A stretch of DNA of 64,000 nucleotides from the human T2T-CHM13v2.0 reference genome, Homo sapiens, in assembly GCF_009914755.1 (NCBI RefSeq), contig NC_060936.1. The stretch is one strand, 5' to 3'. Under the pieces are notes generated by a model. That model was not told the origin of the DNA. It made no database searches and saw nothing but the letters and a program-made list of their open reading frames with translations. Positions 43,501 to 59,200 of this stretch are shown piece after piece. How positions within the stretch are numbered: the first letter of the stretch is position 1; each line of letters opens with the position of its first letter. Position numbers and translations under genes: made by a program.

Positions 43501-44389
43501 TTAAGAAGTTATAACTGTTTAAAGTGTGGCATGTGTGCTGTTGATTTTAAGGGATGTACATGTAACCATTTTAATATTTAAGAATTACTACTAGAAATAT
43601 AATTAGCATGTCAGATTGCCCATGGATATTATTGCTAAGAACAAGGCAAAACATATTAACAATAAGGAAGCAAAAATGAGACAACTTACAGGAAGACATT
43701 AATTAGTAATACAATTGTTACATGAATGTGGCAGATATCATGGACGTTCTATATGGATGACTAGTATTTGGGAAACACTGGATTGTGATTATCCGTCTTA
43801 GAGGTGCTGTCCTACAGAGAGAGAAAAAGGTTGAATCTTAAGAGTTAAGTGCCCTTGAAATTTGTCTATTGTAGCCCTTGTAACTCTATAACCTCTGTTT
43901 GTGAATATCCAGTAATGGAGAATTCGCTAAGTTCCGACTTGGCAGCCTCCATCATCAGATATATCTCACAGCTATAGTTCCTTCAACATCTAGCTTTTAG
44001 TAATTCCCACATCTCAGTCTTACCTAATGATAGGCAATGATAGGTACAGAGTAATCGCTCTTTGCTGGATGGAATTTTAGTTATTTAAAGACATTTATCA
44101 TCCTCCTTTTTCCAAGTCACCGTTTACTGGATAAATGAGCCTCTCTCCTTCAGTAATTCTCAAAATGACATGATTCCAAAGTGTCCGTGTCATCTTGGTT
44201 GCTATTTTGAATGCCTCCTTATTTTAAGGTATCTTTCCCAACAGTTCCCTAATCTTGGATGATTTACTTAATCATTCTGCAAAGAAGGATAGTAATTTAA
44301 TTCCACAAACACTATGAGATGGTGAACTTGAGTTCTTCTGTTATAAATTATGTCACATAAGCTGTAATTCATAGATATTTATCATCATT

Positions 44390-44673
44390 TTATTATTTTT
44401 TTTTTTGAGATGCAATCTTGCCCTGTCGCCCAGGCTGGAGTGCGGTGGTGCTATCTCGGCCCACTGCAACCTCTGTCTCCCGAGTTCAAACAATTTTCCT
44501 GCTTCAGCCTCCTGAGTGTGCACCACCATGCCCAGCTAATTTTTGTATTTTTAGTAGAGCTAGGGTGTTGCCATGTCACCCAGGCTGGTCTCAAACCCCT
44601 GAGCTCAGATTGATTCCCTCACCTTGGCCTCCCAAAGTGCAGGGATTACAGGCATGAGCCACCACACCTGGCC
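44390..44673 (-). mobile_element. Alu (J/S) with short internal deletion
   Basis: Lacks 'agctgggattacagg' in the right arm; TSD tcatcatttta. Confidence 0.93.
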
Positions 44674-45349
44674 TATTGTCATCATTTTAACTCGTAGCTA
44701 TTATCACTATTAGTCCTGATTATTATGTGTGCCAAATATAATACATAACAATACTGAGAAAATACTTTAAGGGTATAATATCTAATTGTAGACACTATAG
44801 CTTTTTGATTATCTATTGTATTTGTTTTCATTGATGTCTAAATTTGCACTGTATTTTGTTGTTGTTCTTGGTGACATCTCACTGACTCATTGACTCTTCC
44901 TTTCTCCTAAAATGTCCCAGTATTTTTCCATGCAAATGCTGCTGACTCACATCTTCCTATCCTGTAGCTGCTAGATTTGGATCCAATTTTAGGTCTTAGG
45001 ATTTAATCCTATTCCTATTAAACTTAGCTTTGTTTAACTTCAGTTGGTCATTTAATTCTTTCAGGATCTTTTTGGATACTGGACCCTGTTAACCTAATCA
45101 TTCCTCCCTGCTTAGAATAGAATCAACATTTTTTTCTTAAATTAGGCGTTCTTTGCAATCTGATTTTTATTTACCTGATTATGAATGTGATGCATACTCC
45201 CTATGGAAATTATCGGTCACTTGTTGGAGTTCTATTGGAGACACAATATTTAGGCAGTTCGCATTGATATGGACATTGCAGTTGGTAAATCGCTGTTGCT
45301 CCCTGCCCCTTGAGACTTCCCTCTTCCTTGACCCCCTTATGCCCCCACT

Positions 45350-45357
45350 TGACGTCA
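45350..45357. promoter_or_regulatory. Full palindromic CRE (CREB/ATF) motif
   Basis: TGACGTCA in apparently unique sequence; function not shown. Confidence 0.35.
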
Positions 45358-45734
45358 CATAAACCTCCGCATGGTCCAGCTTATGGAAGTTTAATGCTGC
45401 ACATAGCAGAGGCCCTGTAAAGCCCTTCTCCAGTGCTGTGGCCAGTACCCATTCTCTACTAGTTGTTAATATTTTGAATATCACCCCTGGGTATAACATT
45501 ATATGAGTAAAATACAGTGTCTGTGGGGCTCTAACACCATGTTTCATGTTTTCCTTTGATAATCTAGCAAAAAATAAGAAATAGCAGTAATTTTTATTTA
45601 CTTATATGCATACATAAAATAGTTGAAACTTCGTAATGCCTCTGGAGAATGGAATAGCTTGTATGCTTGTATATGTTAGTCAGGAAATGATTTTGATAAC
45701 CCTTTTAATGGGCTTGGTTAAGCCTAGCTAAGTG

Positions 45735-46238
45735 AGACACTTAGTGGCCTTCCAAAGATATCCACATCCTTATCCTCAGCACCTGTGGATGTGCTAACTT
45801 ACATGACAAAAGCAACTTACAGATATGATTGAATTAAGAACCTTAAAATTGAATATTATCCTGGATTATCTGGTTGGACCCAGTGCATTCACAAAGATCC
45901 TTATAAGGGAAAGAAGGAGGCTGGAGAGTCAGGGTCAAAGGAGGAGATGGGACAAGGGAAGTCGTGGTTGGAATGATGTAATCAATTTCTGGCTTTTAAG
46001 ATGGAAAAATGGGCCCTGAGTGAAGGGATGCATGTGGCCTCTATAAGCCGGAAAAGGCAAGGAACTAGATTCTCCCCTAGAGCCTCCGGAAGGAATACAG
46101 TCCTGCTGATGCCTTGATTTTAGACCACTGAAACCCATTTTGGACTTATGACCTCCAGAATAGAAATATAATAAATTTGTGTTTGTTTATCACTAAGTGG
46201 ATGGTAATTCATTACAGTAACAATAGGAAACTAACACA
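45735..46238 (+). mobile_element. MLT1D-like MaLR LTR
   Basis: 'ttatcctggattatctgg', 'gattctcccctagagcctccggaagga', AATAAA, end 'aggaaactaacaca'. Confidence 0.85.
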
Positions 46239-46836
46239 GATCAATATCCATTTTGGGGATTGTAATTTAGCCCCTTTGCTAATAATTAAAATTATCTAGC
46301 TTTCATTCTTTTAACAATAACTACAACTAACAGGATAGAAAAAAAAAACAAAAGACAATTTGACCAGCCTTCATTCCTTCATCACTGCTGAGACAGGAAG
46401 GTTTAGGACTTTGTGTAGTAGGTTGTTCTTTCTCCCAAGCCTACTCAAAATATTTTACTGCTAGTCTGCCATCACTTTTTTCCTTTTCATCCTCGAATTC
46501 ATTTAGTTTCTAATTAGTAAAGTATGTATATTAGTCATCAGGGACAAAATAAGACCATGTTAGATTAAAAATGGAAGTCCAGTTTTCAGAATGACATTTT
46601 GACAAAAACTGAAGCCTATTCTTGGAGCCTCTCATTGAGATATGATTTGGACATATGGTCCACTTTGTCATAACAGCAGCTTTTGTTCTTAACATGAATT
46701 ATACTAGAAGCTGGCTTAGCATGGGTTTAACCATCTACTGCGGACCAGTTGATGCAAAACAATTACTAAGGCTGAAGTTCAGGAAATAAGATTGGATTTA
46801 CAAATTAAATGATTTGATTCAATAAATGTGTACAAT

Positions 46837-46972
46837 GGCTGGGCATGGTGACGCACATCTGTAGTCCCGGATACTTGGGAGGCTGAGGCTGGATGATCCC
46901 TGGAGCCCAGGCATTCAAATCTAGCCTGGGTAACATAATGAGACCCTGTCTCTAAAAACAAAACAAAAAAAA
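46837..46972 (+). mobile_element. Alu monomer (FLAM-like)
   Basis: Single arm of about 130 bp ending 'gagaccctgtctctaaaaac'. Confidence 0.88.
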
Positions 46973-49900
46973 GGTTACGATGATGACCTCTCAGGAGACT
47001 TAAAATATTCAATTAACTGTCTGTCATCCCAGAGTTGAATTCTGAATGTAGAAAAATTACAAAGATTAATTTGGCATTATTGTAATTGTCTGTTTTTGAA
47101 GTTGCTATTTAAAGACTGTAAAGGCTTTTGGTCGATAGAAAAGTCAATAAATGCAGACTGCTCCATGGTGAAATCTCTTCCATTCCGACAGCTTTCCAGT
47201 ATGTTGCACTAATTTTGCATCATTTAAACCTTTTAAATATCAGTAGCTGCCAAAGAAATGGACCAAGGGGAATTGACTAAAACAAAGTTGTGCTGCTTTA
47301 TTGTGTATTATTCTTTTAGGATTATCTATTTTATTATTTTAAATCAGTAAATTATACATGGGGGCAAATGGCTTCCCTAGTACAGGGATCTCATGTTTGG
47401 AGATTATAGAGTAACAGAAGCAGCACTAGAACAGTAGTTCGAAGATGCAATTTTTTCATAATTTTGCTACTTGCTGTGAAATCTTGGTTGAAAATCTTTA
47501 TTTACATCACAAAAAGATGGGAGAAAGCATTTGTGAGAACACATAATGTATATAAAAAATACTTGGAAATCTAGAAAGTTCTTCACATACATTAAGTAAT
47601 GGTAGTTGTCCTACAAACTTCCCTATCCTTCTTCTCCCCTCCCTTAGCCATTTTTGGGGTCCAGATGGGATCACAAGATAAGGCAGGCTGGTGCAACCAG
47701 TGCTCACTTATTGTGGGGACAGCATCAGTGTCATGTCATCAACACCCTGTGACAACTGTGGCTTTGTTATTCTGATGTTGAATTACTCTCCTATCATTTC
47801 CCTCCCTCAAAATGACTAATGCACCATAATCAATGTAAAAACAGTGTTAGTCCCAGAATAGTTGTTTGTGAGCATAATGAAGATAATGAAACTCTTGTTT
47901 TGCTTGAAAGTTAGGCTTTTAGTTGAGTGCACTCCCTACCATGATGATCGTTTTCAGCATGTGGAGCCCATTAAGCAGTGTTGGAGCTGGATTCACAGTT
48001 TAATGTGCTAACACTGCATCTGTTTCTACCCTGATGATAACCCCTGGATCAGTTTATAACTTATGTAGAAGTTCAAGATGTGGTGTAGTTAATTTCTAAA
48101 ACAACTGTTGATCTTTATATGTGTGAACCCCCTGGTCTTTTACATTCCAGATGAATCCATTGCCATTTGAATATGTTTATACCTGTATGTGCTTTCAGAG
48201 TGGGAAGTAAAAACACATGTCCCCTCTAGGGGCTTTATTTTCACTTAAATTCTTCTGCAGGGTGACAGTGATGAGCTTATTAATATTTTTTCTTGTTTTT
48301 TTTTTTTTTTGAGATGAGTAGGACGATGGCTTTATGGTGTACTTTTGTAACCTTTATTAAATCTTCATCTAAAATGAATTGCTGATGGATGATTTCCTTC
48401 CTGCTTTGTCAAAACACATGCATATTCTCAGTCCAAGCCATTTATGATGCCATAAGTAAGTTATTGATTCCTCTTGGGAGCTGTGAAATGCCTGGGCATT
48501 AAAAATTAAAGAAAGGTGATTCTGTTACTGAGGCTGCATGCCTTATCTCTGTGGCTAGCTAAAAGCAGAGTGCCAGTTCACTGGAGCTTTGAAAAATGAC
48601 TTTTCCCAATGACCTGCTGCCTTTTAAAGACAGCAGAGTTTGGAGTTCCTTTTTAAAGTGGTAAATGCGCTTAGAGAGTTGTACTACAGTTTTATTCCCA
48701 TTAGAAAGATTGAACTTCTCCCCAGGATGCCCTCAGAGGGGAAACCATTAGAAGACAGGACCACTATAACATTTGGTCATCCTATTCTGTTATTCTCCCC
48801 AAGGCAACTTTTAATGTTTTTCAATGTGAGAATCTATCTATTCTGAGTAGAGTGACCATAGTAAAGTGCATGACATTCCCTTTTTTCCACAGGTGATCAG
48901 ATTTCTGATCCTAGACTCTTCTAGGTTGTATTTTAGGCCATCATAAATTATAGCCAATTTACTCCCCACCTGTGTAGGGCTGACTTATATGAAGGGTGTA
49001 AAGAGGGCACTTTCAAGTATTATGTTGACCTTTATTTTTATTAACAAAGATACAAGAGGTTTCACATTGTCCTGTTGTTTAGAAGTGGCCATCTTTAAAA
49101 ACATAATAAAGTGTGTAATTGGAAATGCCTGGCTAGTTCTTTTCCTAATTTGTGCAAGAAAAAATAGGCAGAAGACATTATGGTTGTTTTATTAGAATCG
49201 ATTATCTTTAGTCAAGAAGATGTACCCAAGGTCAGCTTCTTTGGTAGTGTGCAACTGTCATCCTTCTGATGAGTCTGCTTCCCAAAATATCTTAATTAGG
49301 CTGTGAACAGTGATATAAGTCCTGTAACTTCTTTTTATTTTATGCTTTTTGATCACCTCACTTAACCTTGCTGTCATCCATCTTTCCAGCTGAGTTTGGC
49401 TGCTGTGAACATCATTCTTGTGCTCTTAGATTGGCTATTGGGCTTAATTTATGATTAATGCAAGCAAAATTTCACATGGGTGCAGCGTGGGAGAGAGGAG
49501 CAAAGTCCTAGAGAATATGCAAAGAGGAAAGATAAATGATACCAGTAACTGCATGCTATATATAGGGGTATTGACCAACATTTCAGGAAAAAGTGCTCGC
49601 CTACAGCATCCAGGAAGGCGAGGCAGGTGAATCACTGTAACTGAAGCAGTCATTTGTGAAGCCCCTACTGTGCGTCATGCACTGTGCTTTGGAGTTAACC
49701 TAGTTACCTTATTTACTGTTCACCATAAACAACATTTTTTAGATGAAAACTTGAATCCTAACAGCTAGTAAGTCCAAGAGGAATGATTTCAATCAAAATT
49801 TGGCAAACTCTAAAGTGTGTGTGTATGTGTGTTTAACACAGTGTGGATTTGGGGAGTTGCTTCAGATAAGAGATGAATGTAGACTTTTGTTTTCTTCACA

Positions 49901-50274
49901 TATTGGAGTAAAAAGTTAGATTGGTTGTTCTTAGATTTCTCTGAATACCATCTTCCATTCTTATGTTTAAATTTTACTTGTTCATTTTATGCCTTGTGAA
50001 TTTATTTAATTAGCACGGTTACTTGTACATAGAAAAAATATTATTTTATTGGCAGTGGCCAGGGTGACAGAAATTATGTTTATTGTGATGGTCACGATTG
50101 AATAAAAATGATCTCATGGTCCTGGTTTTGGGATTTCTAGTCTTTGCAGAGGTTATCTGATGTAGTAGTCATAGACATGGAGAGCTAAAAAGGCACTGCG
50201 CGTATACACCTGTTCCAAGTATATGAATTTGGGGTCAGCAAAAGGCTAAACTATACCATCACTTGAGATTTTAC

Positions 50275-50590
50275 TTTTGTTTTGTTCCGGTTTGTTTTGT
50301 TTTTCTTTGAGGTGGAGTCTTGCTCTGTAGCCCAGGCTGGAGTACAGTGGCGTGATCTTGGCTCACTTCAGCCTCCACATTCCAGGTTCAAGCAATTCTC
50401 CTGCCTTATCCTCCTGAGTAGCCGGGATTACAGGTGCCTGCCACCATGCCTGACTAATTTTTGTATTTTTAGTAGAGACGGGATTTCACTATGTTGGCCA
50501 GGCTGGTCTCAAACACCTGACCTCAGGTGATCCACCCACCTCAGCCTCCCAAAATGCTAGGATTACAGGTATGAGCCACTACACCTGGCC
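50275..50590 (-). mobile_element. AluS-type SINE
   Basis: TSD agattttact. Confidence 0.95.
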
Positions 50591-52104
50591 AAGATTTTAC
50601 TGTTCTTAAAGGGACATGTTAGTGCTTCATAATTTATCTGTTCATAACTGAGATCTGAAAAAGCTGATAGTTTTCACATAACATTTATCATATATGTGTA
50701 TATATCAAGTGCCTGCTATGTGATTTATTTAAAGGGCTACAGAATAAAACGTGTTAGAGCTCCCTGAAATCTAATTTATTTCTTGATTATTAAAGTTTGG
50801 TCAAGAAATGATATAAAGATTAGAAAGTACTACAGTATATATTAGGATGTCAGTAAATTTTAATGCTAGAGTTAATATCTCTCTTTCTCCCCTCATTCTT
50901 GGATGAAATATCTCTTGCCTTCCATGACAAATTAGAGTTGCTGGTGGTTTGCAGACCAAATGTTTGGGTACTTTGTGTAAGCTCATCTGTGTTATTTTTA
51001 AATTAGAGTGTTTTCCTCCTTGCCTATCTGTTTTTCATCAGCGCTCGCATATCCGTGTGTCCGAAAAAACTCTGATTTAGCTGTGAGGCTGATTTTAATG
51101 TAGGGATGTCTGTGTACCCTGTCATCACTGGCAGCCCTGGTGAAACTTCCCATGTTTCGCATGTGTGTTGCTACAATATGTTCAAAGTCTGATCTTTCTC
51201 AGATGTATGTGTGTGTGTATAACTATTTTATAGCTGAAAAGGGATGCAGGCAGCAAAGTCTCTGCCAGAATATGTTTTCTATTTAAATTTTGTAATATGA
51301 AATTATAGGTTAGCGTTTGGCTCTCATAAAGCTGCCTTTTCCACCCGTCACTGCAAGACAAGTAACACCTTCTTTTGACTCAAGTTTTCCAAGATTCCTT
51401 AGTGTTAAAAGAAGACTTTCTTTTTGAAATGCAGAAATTAAAAGAATATGGTACAAAAGTGTTTTTTATAGCTTTATTGAGTCTTGAGGGCAGATATATG
51501 GATTCCAGACAAAATGCAATAATAGACTGGGATTTTACTTTCAAATCGTCTTGCAAACACTTCTCACTGGAGATTTATTGTACATGTGGAGGAACACAGG
51601 CTGCTTTGAAGGTTAAATGGAGTAGTTTGGAGAACGGTGTTCAAGTCCTTTCTGCCTCTTATTAAGTGTATGCACTTCTTTAATTAACTTAACCCCTCCA
51701 ACTTCAGTTTTCTAGTTTGTAGCATTATTGAAGATAAATTGAGATAATATGTGTGCTTTGTAAACTTTGTCAATCTCAATGTAAATATGATGTGACACTA
51801 GTGTTTTATTGTGTCTGTTTAGTTAGCATTAGTGCCTTGTTGTTGTATTGGCCCCATTGAGTGATTCAAATTTTTTTTTCCTCTGGTAGAGAATCTAGAC
51901 AAATTCTGTCAGAACTGAGAATAAGATACCTCTTAAAACCCTATTTACAATCACAAAGCAGTTCAACGAGTCATCAAAAACAGCAGCAGACATAGTATAT
52001 ATTGTAGAAATATGGCTTGTACGTGAAATGTAGTTTTCCTGAAACTGAAAGATAAACAGTATATAGCATATGTAATAATATGGTACTGTCTCTATGGTAT
52101 AGTA

Positions 52105-52530
52105 GGGCTTATTATTTTTCTAGGGCTGCCGTAACAGACCACCACAGACTGGGTAGCATAAACAATGGAATCTTATGTTCTCACAGTTCTAGACTTTAGA
52201 AATCAAGATCATGGTGTCAGCAGGTTTGGTTTCTCCTGTGGCCTCACTCCTTGGCTTGCAGATGGCCACATTCTTGCTGTGTCCTAGCATGGTCTTTCTT
52301 TTCTCATGTGCATTTCTGATGTCTCTGTGTGTGTCCAAATTTTTTTTCTTGGACACCAGTCATGTTGGATTAGGACCCACCCGAAATGCCTCATTTTAAC
52401 TTAACCACCTCTTTAAAGATCCTATCTACAAATACAGTCACATTCTGAGGTACTGGAGATTAGGACTTCAACATATGAATTTGGGGGTGGCAAGGCAGGA
52501 CATGGCACAGTGTGTGTGGCACATAACAGG
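52105..52530 (-). mobile_element. MLT1A-like MaLR LTR
   Basis: 'agggctgccgtaaca...tctcacagttct...aatacagtcacattctgagg...ttcaacatatgaatttgg'. Confidence 0.85.
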
Positions 52531-52586
52531 GAGAGCAGTAGACAAAGAGCAGTGACAAAGTTAAATTCTTGTATGTGCAGCTCTGA

Positions 52587-52958
<372 letters not shown>

Positions 52959-53133
52959 TGAAGAAGATCATGAACCTGAGTACATTTTGTAAAATGTAAA
53001 AAGGTGATACAAATACAAGGTAGTATTATAACAGGAATACCTGTGAGGGATAGATTGGCAACATGTAGAATATTTTAAGTATGAAAGGGTAAGGATTATT
53101 GCAAACATTTGTGTAAAATAAGCTTCTTGGCTA

Positions 53134-53529
<396 letters not shown>

Positions 53530-54031
53530 CTAAACATCTGGATAATGCATCATGAATGTCTTTCCACTCCCAAGACTTCGTTTCCTAGAGCCTGTTAGTT
53601 TCTCCCTTTAAAACTTTTTCCCCTTTTACTTTCCTGGTCTGGTAGTTTTCAGGCTGAGGAGTCAGTGGATTCACAATCAGTGTTCATAGCCAGAGGGTAC
53701 TTTTCCTATTTACCCTAGGTGAAGATTATGACCCCACAGGATGTGAATTTTTTTAAAGTAATACTTGAATAGTTAGAGGAAAATTGCCATGTACTTTATC
53801 TGTTCTGAAATGTGTACAGCACATGCGTAAAGGCAAGTATTTTAACTGGGTGTATTCTTAGCTTGCCATGCCTGCATCCTTAGAGAGTATATTTGGATAA
53901 TCAAATCCCTAGGCACAAAGATTATACCTTTTGTTCTGCAAAAGCACATAGACCAAGACCATGCACAAAATAGGTGTTATTGGAATCTGATGGTTATAGT
54001 TACGTTCTCTCTTTTAGAATCTAGTGTTCCA

Positions 54032-54371
<340 letters not shown>

Positions 54372-54437
54372 TCATTAAAAAAAGTATAATCTCGTATTCA
54401 TTCCATCCCTTGAAGTCAAACAGTAATCATGTTTTTA

Positions 54438-54785
<348 letters not shown>

Positions 54786-55578
54786 TTGAACTAGTCACAC
54801 ATTGCAACATACCACAAATACCACAAATCCTCAAGACCTTATTGTAGGGGAAACATAGTATTAGATGTAAAAATTTTGAAAATGAACTTTTTAATGTAGC
54901 TATGAGTTGATGAAAACCTACAAAATCAAAATTCATAAATTATGTAAACAAATGGACTAAAGTGGTTCATGTATAGTACCTGATTTAACTTTTAGGTGTG
55001 AGAAAGCCTTACAGTATCCCTTCTAGTTGTTTCTAATTTCAAATCTGGAAAATTAGAAACAAGTTATTTTCATTAAGCTTTTAAATTGAAACTCTGATAC
55101 AGTATAGTACGGTGAGAAGGAGGTGAGGTGTACTGAATTATGTTAGGATGTTCTGATATGGATATAGTGACCAACTGATTATGTGCAAAATATTTATACT
55201 GTTTTTCATCATGCAAATTGCAAGTCTGTGAAAAGTAGCTCAAGTTGTTTCACTCATTATTTTAATCAGTGAAAGTGCTTAGAGTGTGGTATTTCTCATA
55301 TTTTCATGTTGTATTAGTTTTTGCTTTAATTTTGCAAAATGCTTTTCATATAACATTTAAAAACATCTCTAGGTAACTCAAGTTTTAATTATACGTGATA
55401 AACATTCTTTTAAATGGTTTATTAGTTTTCAGGGTCACAGTGTTTTTTGTGTTTGTTTTTTTTTTTTTTGATATTTCCTGTAGAAATTGTGAAAATGACA
55501 GCATTGCTTTATCGGGGGAACTAAAGATATTTTTAAAAATATTTAGCCAACATTCTACTTCCTCATTTTCTCCTACTA

Positions 55579-56019
<441 letters not shown>

Positions 56020-56935
56020 TTAATCACAAGTTGACTTTTCTTTTTTCTTAGGGGCCTAGGGTTAGGGAGGTATATCTTGCTGTGCAGATATAGCTCATAA
56101 AATTCCTTTATTGCTTATCGGAAAAACTCGTAAAGGGATGGAAGCGGGATCCACTAAGAATATTCCTGTAGTTGGAAGACTTAGCATTCGTAGAATTTTC
56201 TCAAAACCAGCAGTTATTCGGGGTCGCTGACCATTGGGTGTCTGACAACAGGCTCTTTAATAACTTCCTGTATTCTCTTTTCATTCAACATATGTGTGGT
56301 AACAATTTATTAAGTGCCAGCATTTATTAATGCTTACAAAGTTGTCATTTTTGTCCATGAAAGTTTTACAATCTAGTAGGAAGAGATCAAGATAAAAACA
56401 AGCAAATTTGGAAAAGTGTTACCAGTGTAATGATAAACGCTTGTCCAAAGCGTAGTGCCTTCCTTTACCCTAGGGACCTAGAAACCTAACACTGCCCCTA
56501 ACAACCCAGCACCCCACACTGTAATTTATTTGCCCTACCTTAATTTCATACAGGAATCTGAAATACAGTGCTCATCCCCAAAGTAAGATGAGCTTTAGAT
56601 GCATAGTATTTCTCTCATTCTCTTACCCTATTAGCCAAGTATTTGCATATTAACTGGAGCTTTCTAAATATAATGGCTTATCCCTAAAGAGGTACTCTAA
56701 TGAAGGGATTATAGGTTAAGTGGCAAATGAGTGCCAAAGACATGTGGCTAAGCCAGTTAACCTGGTGGTTTTTCACAGTTAATTATCATTGAGTGAGTAG
56801 AGGTTAGTGGCCTGAGTGAACCACTTTTAGATGAAAGTGATAATTCCCTACATACTTAAAACAATCTAGAATTTTCCAAAACGGTAAATGCAGTTTATCA
56901 GTACCAATCATCTCTAATTAGAATTTAATTTATTA

Positions 56936-57471
56936 ACCCAGCAATCCCATTACTGGGTATATACCCAAAGGATTATAAATCATGCTGCTATAAAGACACA
57001 TGCACACGTATGTTTATTGTGGCACTATTCACAATAGCAAAGACTTGGAACCAACCCAAATGCCCATCAGTGATAAACTGGATTAAGAAAATGTGGCACA
57101 TATACACCATGGAATACTATGCAGCCATAACAAAGGATGAATTCATGTCCTTTGCAGGGACATGGATGAAGCTGGAAACCATCATTCTCAGCAAACTATC
57201 GCAAGGACAGAAAACCAAATACCGCATGTTCTTACTCATAGGTGGGAATTGAACAATGAGATCACTTGGACACAGGGCAGGGAACATTACACACGGGGGC
57301 CTGTCAGGGGGTGTGGGACTTGGGGGAGGGATAGCATTAGGAGAAATACCTAATGTAAATGAGGAGTTGATGGGTGCAGCAAACCAACATGGCACATGTA
57401 TACCTATGTATCAAGCCTGCACGTTGTGCACATGTACCCTAGAACTTAAAGTATAATAATAATTTTAAAAA
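56936..57471 (+). mobile_element. 5'-truncated primate L1 (L1PA): ORF2 C-terminus plus 3'UTR
   Basis: ORF 57010-57252 (MFIVALFTIAKTWNQPKCPS...IGGN) matches the L1 ORF2p C-terminus; G-rich 3'UTR; TSD agaattta(a/g)tttatta. Confidence 0.96.
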
Positions 57472-57479
57472 AGAATTTA

Positions 57480-59200
57480 GTTTATTAGATACATATTGAG
57501 TACTATGTATGTTAGGCTCCAAAAGATAAATAAGATGCCTTTTCAACTTCTAAGGAGTTAGCAATATATTGGGGAGATGAAGTTTCAAGACAATAAATGA
57601 ATCAAACCTGAAGATCATTGAGAGATTCATGTCCAGCCAAATTCCTGTCCATCCCATGAAGAAGAATCATACATGACAGAGTAATGCCAGTTATTCCTGC
57701 TGCTCCATCCCTCAAGCTTCATTCCATCCATACTTAACTGTATTTTCAGATATCAGACTTGCCATGCTCTCTCCTGTCCCAGAGTCTTTGAAAATATTGA
57801 CTGTTGGCCTGGAAGTATCGCCACAGTTTCCTTTCTCCTTCATTGAACTTTTTACATGTATGCAGATATGCTTTCCTCCTGGAAACTTTTGACCCTCTAA
57901 GACATTGGGCATCTGTTTTGTGTTCTCCCATACCAGTCATTATTTGTATTAGATAGTATTTATCATACTACAGGGAAACTCCTTGTACATTTATTTGCCT
58001 TGTCTACTTGGCTGAATATTTAATGTCAGGGGCTCTATTTTGCTCATCATTCCATTTTCAGTGTTCTTCACAGTGCCTTGCTTATAAATGAATGAATGAA
58101 TAAAGGAATGAGTGAGTGATTTTCTCTGGACAGACATTCCATTTTATTGGGCAATGATTTTCAATAGAGACAGAAGAGGGAATGTTAAGATCACCTGTGT
58201 GCTATTTTCAAAGCATACATTTCTTCCCACTCCTGAAATATCTCCCATATATCATCCCATTTAAGATCCCTGATATTTGTAGCAAGCAGTCAGTGTTGTT
58301 AATGGGAATGTGTCAATACTCAAAGTCAAAAGCCAGCATATTCTGCCACAATAACTAGGAAAGGATTGAGAGGACAGTGGCTTTGCAAATGAGCATTGGT
58401 GGTTGAAGCATATTTGGAAAGATGTAATGGTAGAAGGATAGTAATCCAGGTAGAGGGGGAAAAGAAATGGTTTGAGCGGCAGCATAGAGGAAGGGAAGTT
58501 TGGCTTAAATTAGCATGCGTATGGAGAAGTGATGGGAGATTGGCCTTGAGGTCATCAAGAGGAAGGCTGTGAATGCGAGCTGTGAAGGTTGTTTATTATG
58601 GTAAGAAATAGGGCAGAATGAGGGACCTTTGTGGAGAGGAGTGCTGGTATTAGAGTTACATTGCAGGAAGTTTTTCTATCCATAGCATGCATAATGGATC
58701 AAAGTGGGAATGAAGGCAGGCAGGGATAGCTATTTAGTTCAGTTTAACAATATTTGTTGCATGCCTAAGATGTGTTGGACACTGGGAGAAAAGACAATTC
58801 CTTTCCAGAGGTGACCTATAGCCTAATGAAGGAAAGAGAAAAAATGATCAGGCAGTTTTAATAAGCATGCTAAGCAATGCAGTCAGAAAATAAAGCAGGC
58901 CTGAATGAGGGTAAGAGAAAAGGGAAATTAGAGGCAGATTCAAGGGAAACTTCTGAATTGAATTTTCTCTGAGGTCCTGAACAGCTTTAAAATGTCCTTA
59001 ACCAATTTAAAAATAGATATAGGAGCAAAACCATAAGAAGCTGTCATGTACAACCTTAATTTCAGTAATGGAAGAATGATGATATTCAATGATGAGACTG
59101 TATGAAAAAGAGATGGTTTGTGGAGAAAATTAGTTTGGATTCAGACTTACTAAGCTTAAGGTACTGAAACTACCAATGTTACATGGGAATTACACAGTGC
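57480..59200. mobile_element. Patchwork of L2 relics
   Basis: 'catattgagtactatgt', 'aaatgaatgaatgaat', 'tttaacaatatttgttgcatgcct...tgtgttggacactggg'. Confidence 0.55.

Noticed and set aside
57010-57252. 80-aa ORF with real protein homology
   Set aside because: C-terminal remnant of L1 ORF2p in a 5'-truncated copy with no promoter; not an independent gene
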